This document shows, one piece after another, positions 39,723 through 46,781 of a stretch of 64,000 bases of DNA (the stretch's first letter is position 1; every line of letters starts with the position of its first letter). The position numbers and the translations under genes are program-made. The notes under the pieces are model-generated. The model was given only the letters and a program-made list of their open reading frames with translations, did no database searches and was not told the DNA's origin. The stretch is from a virus, in IMG/VR virus record IMGVR_UViG_3300011113_000649, positions 32,001 to 96,000 of that record, one strand, 5' to 3'.

Positions 39723-40168
39723 TCTCCTCCAGCTAAACCACTACCAAATTTAGGACAATGAATTTGTATCTTTTCTTTGTCTAAGTTTTGAGCATAATTC
39801 CTAACTTCTACCATACACTTGACAAGAGCTTCGTAGTTAAGAGGTCTGGGATTGTTTTGACTAATAGTTCTATTTTGAGCTATCATGTTCGCAAAAATTA
39901 ATTCATGCAAATATTCTGGATCTTTCATTACTCTAACGTACTGAACATATCCCAATTTAGTTTTGTTACCAAGTAGTTCAAAATTAGTGGCTACTATAGG
40001 ATAGGATTCTCTAACAGCAGCAGCAAATCCAGCACCAAACAGCCCTATATTATTACACACATGAGGTATTATAATAGTACTGCCTAGATGTTTTGATTGA
40101 ATAATATTTTTAGTCACCTCAAATATATTAGATTTTACTAGTCTTAGTCTTGGCTTGTCTTTAAGCAT
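39653..40168 (-). CDS. Macrodomain protein (Poa1p/DarG-like)
   Basis: HVCN..G.FGAGFA, NMIAQ, PKFGSGLAGGEW. Confidence 0.85.
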   Translation of the reverse strand: MLKDKPRLRLVKSNIFEVTKNIIQSKHLGSTIIIPHVCNNIGLFGAGFAAAVRESYPIVATNFELLGNKTKLGYVQYVRVMKDPEYLHELIFANMIAQNRTISQNNPRPLNYEALVKCMVEVRNYAQNLDKEKIQIHCPKFGSGLAGGEWNFIEKLIEDIWSNYTTCVHTI

Positions 40169-40172
40169 ATTT

Positions 40173-40400
40173 TTACCATCTATTTATAGGACACTTTTGA
40201 TCCGCCCATGCTAATTTATTCATGAATATTTCTTTAGTATTTATATTGCATCCGCATTGTAGGCATTTAGATTCTTGATCATCGAAAAACTCACAAGCAG
40301 CACAGATTCCATATCTTTTTAATATTTGTTTTTTTGAACACTTGGGTGAGCCATGGTAAATATGCCAAAATAATGCTTTAATAAATTTTAGAATTTTCAT
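40173..40400 (-). CDS. Cys-rich small protein
   Basis: R..IC..C...C..CGC...K......CP...W. Confidence 0.7.
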   Translation of the reverse strand: MKILKFIKALFWHIYHGSPKCSKKQILKRYGICAACEFFDDQESKCLQCGCNINTKEIFMNKLAWADQKCPINRW

Positions 40401-40617
40401 TTTTATATTCTTTAATAGGTAAGATATTATTATCTTTGTCTAGTATATAAACTGGGTTAACTTCTATTATAGTATTACTGTCAAGCCATTTAGCATTTCC
40501 GTTCAAAAGACTATAACACAACTTTTTACCATTGGCCTTAAAGTCAGACGTTAATAACCAGTAGCTATTATCTAACTTAAATGTATCACCATTACTGATT
40601 TCCTCTAGATATTTCAA
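40378..40617 (-). CDS. Hypothetical protein
   Basis: Coupled ORF. Confidence 0.55.
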   Translation of the reverse strand: MKYLEEISNGDTFKLDNSYWLLTSDFKANGKKLCYSLLNGNAKWLDSNTIIEVNPVYILDKDNNILPIKEYKNENSKIY

Positions 40618-40808
40618 CTATATTCCTCCCAGTCCTCCCACTTTTCTTCTTCTTGCATTTCCTGAATTCTCTTTTTTATAGTTTGTTTATTTAGTTTTTT
40701 AAATCTTTGTTCTTCATTAAAATCACTAGATAATTTTCTATCTTTTTTTTTGCTATCTATTTTTTCTTTACGAAAAGATTTCCTGTCAAAACTATCAAAG
40801 TCTTTCAT
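40614..40808 (-). CDS. Small charged hypothetical protein
   Basis: Coupled ORF. Confidence 0.55.
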   Translation of the reverse strand: MKDFDSFDRKSFRKEKIDSKKKDRKLSSDFNEEQRFKKLNKQTIKKRIQEMQEEEKWEDWEEYS

Positions 40809-41015
40809 TTTATTTTTTTAGTTTTATGTTCTTCAATCCAAGAGATGAATTTTTGAATTCTAGTATGGCCTGACTGTTCATTATATTTGCTGTTGGGAGA
40901 TCTGTCAATAGCCACTACACAAGAATTTATTCCAGCAAAACGACTATCTATAAAAAAGACCATCATCACTATCTCCACCAGCAATTAAAAACACACATAA
41001 TATAGTCTTGATCAT
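40805..41015 (-). pseudogene. Deleted, frameshifted paralog of the trypsin-like protease
   Basis: MIKTILCV-FLIAGGDSDDGLF / IDSRFAGINSCVVAIDRSPNSKYNEQSGHTRIQKFISWI matches the C-terminus of 58176..58943; extra T in the run at 40952-40957 breaks the frame. Confidence 0.75.
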
Positions 41016-41024
41016 AAAATATCG

Positions 41025-41336
41025 TTATTTATAGGGTTTGTTTTTTATCTTATTTAGGTACAGTTCGCAATCTTCTATGACATATTTATTCCAGCTTTTA
41101 TAGTCCATTAAATGGCCAAATATAAAATGGCAAGGATCATCACACAAAGTAATCAGATTTGACGGATCTAGTTCTCTATCTGGATTGCAATGAACGGGTT
41201 CTATATGATGAACCTCTAATTTTTTATTTCTACCGCAAGCCGCACAAGTTGGCTGATTATTAAGATGTTCTTTTCTAACACTACTCCATTTTGGAGAACG
41301 GTAAGCAAATCTAAGAAATTTTTTGAATCCAAACAT
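41025..41336 (-). CDS. Small HNH endonuclease
   Basis: CAACG...VHHI.P...NLITLC...CH...GH. Confidence 0.85.
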   Translation of the reverse strand: MFGFKKFLRFAYRSPKWSSVRKEHLNNQPTCAACGRNKKLEVHHIEPVHCNPDRELDPSNLITLCDDPCHFIFGHLMDYKSWNKYVIEDCELYLNKIKNKPYK

Positions 41337-41986
41337 TATTGTTGTTCTTTAAACTCATAAAAATACAATTCTTCTTCGCTCTCGCTAATCCATCTACTAC
41401 CAGTATTTTCGCAACTGAATTCTAGACTAAATACTTCCCAATCTGGTTTTTTATCAAATTTTTTAACAATAAAACTACCGCCGTCCATCCAAAGCACCCT
41501 ATTGTTAGGCTGCAAAAAATATTGCCCACCAGACCCCTGAAAAAAATGTCCACACTTATGACCAGCAGACATTTCTCCATAGCCACTTTGATATTGTGGC
41601 CCCAAACACCAATCTATAGTAAATAGATATTTTGCTTTGTGTAGCGTTTTATCCTTAAGAAAGATATTTGCCGCTCTATTTTTAGAGTATTGGTCTATTT
41701 TGATAGAAGCATAATAACTAATACTATCCCACAGCTGAATCCAGTCTAATAAATAGTTTGACCCACCCGATTCTGTTGATCTTAAATAGTGAATTGGAAC
41801 TCTAGCGTGCTGACTACCATATTCGGTCATCACAGAAAATAACGCACATCTTTGTGGAATACTAGTGAAGTTAAAAACCTCTACCGCTATTCTTTCTGAG
41901 TTAACATCTGGAGGTTTATTGTAGAAAAAATTTGTATCTAAGTAGCAAAAAAAAGTAGGAGTATCTATATTTAGATAATTACTCAT
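41336..41986 (-). CDS. Conserved-looking phage hypothetical protein
   Basis: YLN...QLWD...YLFTIDW...HKC.H...QPNNR. Confidence 0.65.
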   Translation of the reverse strand: MSNYLNIDTPTFFCYLDTNFFYNKPPDVNSERIAVEVFNFTSIPQRCALFSVMTEYGSQHARVPIHYLRSTESGGSNYLLDWIQLWDSISYYASIKIDQYSKNRAANIFLKDKTLHKAKYLFTIDWCLGPQYQSGYGEMSAGHKCGHFFQGSGGQYFLQPNNRVLWMDGGSFIVKKFDKKPDWEVFSLEFSCENTGSRWISESEEELYFYEFKEQQ

Positions 41987-42984
41987 AACACTTTAGATGC
42001 TATTAAACACCCTTTAGAAACCGCATGTAGTGGATCTGAGGCGTGAACGACCTCTTTAACTGGTAATGGAAAATTATTTTGAGTCAATTTTTGTGCAAAT
42101 AATTCAATATATCCTTTTGCTTGTGATGTACCACCAGCAATAACAATTTTAAGAGGATTCTTAAATTTAGGAAGAGATTTATGATTAGTTAATGCAAATG
42201 CTAGCTGTTTTGTAGTATAATCAATTAATCTTTCATAATATGCCGACACAGCAGCAAGCACAGGATTCTCGTTCTGTTCACCGATTTTAAAATCGCCGCC
42301 CTCTTTCTCTGCTTGAACAACACTGTCTGTTTCTCCAGTGGCTACAGCACTCATGCGGTCGATCCAATCGCCAGACTTTGTTGTGCTAAAGACTACTGTA
42401 GGTTCGCCATTTAACATGACACACACATTTGTCATACCGGCACCACAACTAATTGCTATACCAGTATAGTCTTCGTTTTCTAATTCAGCATAGCACAAAG
42501 CTTCTGCTTCATTGATTGCTCTAGCATCATAGCCACACTCTGCTAATACTGTTTTAACCACATCTTCGTGATAGCCTACATCAAAATCTTCATCTTCTTG
42601 ATCAACTGGTTGTGCGGGGACACAAAATACTAATTTTTCTTCTGTCTCTGAAGATTGTCCGACTACTTCTTTTAAAATAAACGATAGGATTCTTTTTGCG
42701 TCTTTTTCTTTAGCGGACACAACCCCTCTATACATGGGTCTTTTGGCAGCGTCGTTTCTTTCTACGGCTTTTTCTATGGCATCCTTGCCCAAGATAATAA
42801 AAGATCCATCATTATCTTTAATAAATGTTTTTCCCGACAAGCCTTTTTCTATCATTTTTGTAGCAACTGGCGTTGTGGGCTTTATAATATAAAAAGCATC
42901 TCGAAAATCTTTATATTCTATATTTCCATTTTTTTCTTGCGATAAAACTATAAAACTTGTACCTACATCTAAGCCCTTAGCCAT
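41983..42984 (-). CDS. Actin-fold ATPase, volactin-like
   Basis: GLDVGT (phosphate 1), AINEAEA (connect 1), GAGMTN (phosphate 2), IAGGTS (adenosine), AVSKG (connect 2). Confidence 0.85.
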   Translation of the reverse strand: MAKGLDVGTSFIVLSQEKNGNIEYKDFRDAFYIIKPTTPVATKMIEKGLSGKTFIKDNDGSFIILGKDAIEKAVERNDAAKRPMYRGVVSAKEKDAKRILSFILKEVVGQSSETEEKLVFCVPAQPVDQEDEDFDVGYHEDVVKTVLAECGYDARAINEAEALCYAELENEDYTGIAISCGAGMTNVCVMLNGEPTVVFSTTKSGDWIDRMSAVATGETDSVVQAEKEGGDFKIGEQNENPVLAAVSAYYERLIDYTTKQLAFALTNHKSLPKFKNPLKIVIAGGTSQAKGYIELFAQKLTQNNFPLPVKEVVHASDPLHAVSKGCLIASKVL

Positions 42985-42988
42985 AATT

Positions 42989-43309
42989 TTACCTCTTTAA
43001 ATTTTTGAGTTTATTTACAGAATTAGAAATATTATCTTGTGTTTTTTTAACTTCTCCCAAAGAGTCGTATTTTTTTTCTAATCCTTCTGTTTTAATATCT
43101 GTTACAAACGTCTTATCGTCTATGGAAATAGAATTATTTTCTTTGGTAGTAGAATTTTGTTGTTTAAAAAATGATTTGGGCCGATCTGTAGATACACCAT
43201 TTCGACTAGAAGATAAGCCAAATAAATAGCCTATAATAAAAGTATTGACTATAACAATAGTACCAACAAAAATTATAATAGTGTTTATATCAATCATTGA
43301 TTCAGCCAC
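42989..43309 (-). CDS. N-terminally membrane-anchored protein
   Basis: IIIFVGTIVIVNTFIIGYLFG TM; polar linker; C-terminal amphipathic helix. Confidence 0.65.
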   Translation of the reverse strand: MAESMIDINTIIIFVGTIVIVNTFIIGYLFGLSSSRNGVSTDRPKSFFKQQNSTTKENNSISIDDKTFVTDIKTEGLEKKYDSLGEVKKTQDNISNSVNKLKNLKR

Positions 43310-43671
43310 TCATTATATTTATTTTTAGAATATCCTTTAATTCGAGATTTAGTTTTATCTTGAAAAATAATCCTAGAATCCGGAATAACAGATATGTCAT
43401 ATTTTTTCTTTAGATCTTCATTGTTATTGACGTCTATATAACATATAATATATTTATCAATAGCTGGACTAAGATTAAACGACAAAATATCATCCTTCAA
43501 GAGATTACAAAAACGGCAATCGTCAGTACCAAATATCAATAACATTGGCTTATTCAAAGAGTTAGAAATTCTTTGAGCATCGCCGATATCACGCATAATG
43601 AAAGTTTCATTAGCATAAGACTGTAACGAAAACATAGTTACTATAAACGCAAACAATATTATTTTGAACAT
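43294..43671 (-). CDS. Exported thioredoxin-fold protein
   Basis: Signal peptide; CRFC; VIP. Confidence 0.8.
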   Translation of the reverse strand: MFKIILFAFIVTMFSLQSYANETFIMRDIGDAQRISNSLNKPMLLIFGTDDCRFCNLLKDDILSFNLSPAIDKYIICYIDVNNNEDLKKKYDISVIPDSRIIFQDKTKSRIKGYSKNKYNEWLNQ

Positions 43672-44558
43672 ATTGCACCTATGATTCTACCCTTTTGTGT
43701 ACGATGAACAAAACCTTTTCTAACTAAATAGGGTTCGATACTATTTTCAATAGTTTCGATAGCAATACCAGTTAGAGAACTAATTGATTTCAAGCCCAAT
43801 GGATTACCCTTATTATTTTTTAAAACATCTAAATACATTCTATCATACACATCTAAACCATATTCATCAATACCTTGTAGACTAAAAATGTCGTGGATAG
43901 TTACACTATTACCATTGCACATCTTATAGTTTTTATACCACTGCAATCTTCCATTGAGAATTCTTGGTGTGCCTTTACTTCTTTTGGCAATTTCTAAAAG
44001 ATCTGAATCTGGTATGACTAATCCTAAATTACTAGAATTCAATCCTGCTAGTTTGGCTAGTTCATTATCGGTATAAAACGATAAATGTTCTTTAATCTGA
44101 AAACGATCATAAAATGGTTGGCTTAAACTACCACCGCTGGTTGTGGCCCCAACTAAGGTAAATGCTGGTATTTCTATTTCTTCAGGCTCTTTTTCGAGAA
44201 TAATATTAATTTTGAAATCTTCCATTACTGGATATAAAAACTCTTCAACTAGTTTGGGTAGGCGATGAATTTCATCAATAAAGAATACAGATCTTTTAGT
44301 CATTCTCATTAAGTATGGTAGAACGCTTTTAACACTTCTTAAATTAGCCGCGTTAGCAGTGTACAAATTTACTTCCATTTCTGTGGCTATAGCACCCGCT
44401 ATGGTTGTTTTACCAAGGCCAGGAGGCCCATCAATTAAAACATGGGGTAGGACGCTACCGCTTTTTTTACAGCCGGTCGTAGAGATTTTAAGGCGTTCAA
44501 CCACATCGGATTGTCCAATAATTTTATCAAAGGATGTTGGTCGTTTAATTGTTGACAT
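43659..44558 (-). CDS. ruvB: Holliday junction branch-migration helicase
   Basis: RP..FD.IIGQ, GPPGLGKTT, IDEIHRL, FTLVGATT, SKGTPR, EPYL, RTQKGR. Confidence 0.95.
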   Translation of the reverse strand: MSTIKRPTSFDKIIGQSDVVERLKISTTGCKKSGSVLPHVLIDGPPGLGKTTIAGAIATEMEVNLYTANAANLRSVKSVLPYLMRMTKRSVFFIDEIHRLPKLVEEFLYPVMEDFKINIILEKEPEEIEIPAFTLVGATTSGGSLSQPFYDRFQIKEHLSFYTDNELAKLAGLNSSNLGLVIPDSDLLEIAKRSKGTPRILNGRLQWYKNYKMCNGNSVTIHDIFSLQGIDEYGLDVYDRMYLDVLKNNKGNPLGLKSISSLTGIAIETIENSIEPYLVRKGFVHRTQKGRIIGAICSK

Positions 44559-44973
44559 TTAATTCTCCCAAATTTTGTAATATATATTTAATCAATAATC
44601 CCGCATGTGTTACAGGATGTTTTTCGAAAGCTTTTGTAGTCATTGATAGTGATTCTTGACTAGTAAAACCATATCCACATAAAATCTTAACGCATTGATT
44701 TTGTAGACTACTTGGTATAGTCTGAGTGGCTACTAATGGTTTTGGCGATAAAGTAGGCGTAACTTTGTTATCTGTTATATAGCATATATTCAGCTTGACG
44801 ATCTGTTTTGGTTTAAATATGTTACCGCAGTCACAAACCATTTTAAAGTTTTTTGTTTGTGCTTCTTTCAAAGATATCCAATGATCATAGTTGCACTTTT
44901 TGTCTGGACATCTATATTTCAAATGAACATCCACATCAATCGGTTTTAGGTTTTTCTTTTTCATTTTCGTCAT
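44545..44973 (-). CDS. Zn-finger protein with RuvA domain-III-like C-terminus
   Basis: CPDKKC...H...CDC; QCVKILCGYGFTSQES...LIKYILQNL resembles RuvA C-terminal helices; overlaps ruvB. Confidence 0.55.
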   Translation of the reverse strand: MTKMKKKNLKPIDVDVHLKYRCPDKKCNYDHWISLKEAQTKNFKMVCDCGNIFKPKQIVKLNICYITDNKVTPTLSPKPLVATQTIPSSLQNQCVKILCGYGFTSQESLSMTTKAFEKHPVTHAGLLIKYILQNLGELNVNN

Positions 44974-45361
44974 CTTTTACCCAAAAAACAAAATCATTTG
45001 ACTCATCATCAAATGCCATTTCTACCAATCCCTTTTGAACTAATCCATTTATAATATTACTTACCATTCTATCATTAAGTTTATGGACTATATCAGCAAA
45101 CATATCTTCGTTTAAGACATATCTAATTTTTTTAGTAATTTTATTTCGTTCTTTTTTAATATTCTCTTTGATTATCACTAAAGACTCTTGATGTGATAGC
45201 GTCTTGTCGAATTCTTCTTTTTCGTTATCTTTAACATCATCTATCATTAGATCTAAAACAGATTTATCTTGCCAGACTCCAAAATTATTATATACTATTG
45301 CCCTAGCTTTATCTGTAAATTCTGATAAGTTCGCAACGACAAACCATTGAGATTCTGACAT
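44936..45361 (-). CDS. Hypothetical protein, paralog of 61091..61486
   Basis: GLVEMAFDDESNDFVFWVK vs DLVECAWDDTLNEMVFWQK. Confidence 0.65.
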   Translation of the reverse strand: MSESQWFVVANLSEFTDKARAIVYNNFGVWQDKSVLDLMIDDVKDNEKEEFDKTLSHQESLVIIKENIKKERNKITKKIRYVLNEDMFADIVHKLNDRMVSNIINGLVQKGLVEMAFDDESNDFVFWVKDDENEKEKPKTD

Positions 45362-45370
45362 TTTTCCCCC

Positions 45371-45799
45371 TTAGTTTAAGATATCAAACAATCCTTTGTA
45401 ATAGTTTGGTTGTTGTATAAAGTGTTTAGCGTTTGATTGCAGGTGTAGTTTATACTCTTGATTTATGGGATCAAAAACAAAATATTTGCTTTTCCATATG
45501 GGTATACCACTATAATTGGATCCCAAATACTGGAGTTTTGAGTTGCTCTCAGTATTGGGGTTCCAACTATTCACAGGAAACACATACATAGGAAATCCAG
45601 AGATATTAGTTATTTTATAATCATTATTCTCTGGATTTTTAAGGATATCATTGATCATTTTGGCGATCCATTCTGATAACGGGGCATTATTTATATCAAA
45701 TTTGAAATAGAACTTATATGGATCGTATTGATCATTGTTATCATAATCATAATGATCGTCATCATATCCATCATCTTCGTCATCGTATGGATCATGCAC
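45371..45799 (-). CDS. Hypothetical protein, acidic N-terminus
   Basis: GTG start at 45799 after GAGGAG. Confidence 0.6.
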   Translation of the reverse strand: MHDPYDDEDDGYDDDHYDYDNNDQYDPYKFYFKFDINNAPLSEWIAKMINDILKNPENNDYKITNISGFPMYVFPVNSWNPNTESNSKLQYLGSNYSGIPIWKSKYFVFDPINQEYKLHLQSNAKHFIQQPNYYKGLFDILN

Positions 45800-45817
45800 A
45801 GCAAACTCCTCATTTAA

Positions 45818-45883
45818 AAGGGAATTAGGGAATCGAACCCTAAGACTTAGCACTAACTAGTCCAGTCACCAGACTATTCTCTT
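45818..45883 (-). ncRNA. tRNA-like element (T-arm and acceptor-like stem, no canonical anticodon arm)
   Basis: AAGAGAA-TAGTC TGGT GACTG-GACT AGTTAGTGCTA AGTC-TTAGGG TTCGATT CCCTAA-TTCCCTT. Confidence 0.5.
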
Positions 45884-45891
45884 GACCTTAA

Positions 45892-46755
45892 TCAGCCAGG
45901 ATACGAGTTGTCGTAATCGTCTTCGTCCTCATAATCTTCATTATCATCAAACTGATCCCAGTAATCGTCGCGGATATCATAATCCTCGTCATCCTCATAA
46001 TCAGCATACTCATCTTCTGAAAAGTTTGCCGAATAAAGAGGCTTGAGAAGTTCGCCTTGATACTCTCCAACAACTTCATATTGGCAAGTGCGAAGTTTCT
46101 CACAATTACAGTCGCTAGGAACACTAACTACATCACGAGGATTAATCTTTACGATAACAATATGATCACCAGCTTCTAGACTACCATAACCAGCAACATA
46201 ATTCAATGCACCAGCATGAAGACCATCAGAACAACCTCTGGCACGATCATCATCAACCTTGGCTCTTTGCATCTTGCAAATCTTGCCAACACTATTATCA
46301 AATACTCCACGATACTTGTCCTTAAAATCACTTCTAACAGCCTTATAGGCAAGGAAATGACCATCCTCAGTAATCGGCAGATGCTCATGCTCAAGGAAAT
46401 CATACAGTTCCTTTTGACTCTGCATACTAGGATTCTCCATCAGATTATTGAGAAAATTAACAAGAGGCTGAAAAGGTAGACCCTTGCTCATAAACTCAAG
46501 AATACGCTTGCTGATAGATCCATGAACAACCTCACCCTCATAGGTGACTTGACCATTCTTAATCTCAACAAGACCATCACTAAAAGTAGCCACAGCCTTT
46601 TCAACATCAACAATATCAAGAAGTTCATCTGCGGTCGCTGTTGGCAACGCCTCAATAATCATCTTGTAGTTAATATGATCTGGCAAAACCTGATAGGTTC
46701 TGTTATTAAGAACCAACGTAAGATTACCATCAACCCACATAAAAGGAACGCTCAT
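45892..46755 (-). CDS. rIIB: rIIB-like protein
   Basis: NPS...ELYDFL....LPITEDG.FLAYK.V, VDDD....CS.GLH, VKINPRDVVSVP.D....KLRTC.YEV; start ATG after AGGAG. Confidence 0.85.
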   Translation of the reverse strand: MSVPFMWVDGNLTLVLNNRTYQVLPDHINYKMIIEALPTATADELLDIVDVEKAVATFSDGLVEIKNGQVTYEGEVVHGSISKRILEFMSKGLPFQPLVNFLNNLMENPSMQSQKELYDFLEHEHLPITEDGHFLAYKAVRSDFKDKYRGVFDNSVGKICKMQRAKVDDDRARGCSDGLHAGALNYVAGYGSLEAGDHIVIVKINPRDVVSVPSDCNCEKLRTCQYEVVGEYQGELLKPLYSANFSEDEYADYEDDEDYDIRDDYWDQFDDNEDYEDEDDYDNSYPG

Positions 46756-46781
46756 TTTATTTCTCCTGTTTCCTGTGAAAA

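Noticed and set aside
45799-45853. N-terminal extension of ORF 45371..45853
   Set aside because: It overlaps the tRNA-like element; GTG at 45799 has a GAGGAG RBS
45888-46124. Repetitive DNA and alternative-frame ORF at the rIIB 3' end
   Set aside because: Explained by the D/E/Y-rich low-complexity tail of rIIB; not a true tandem array
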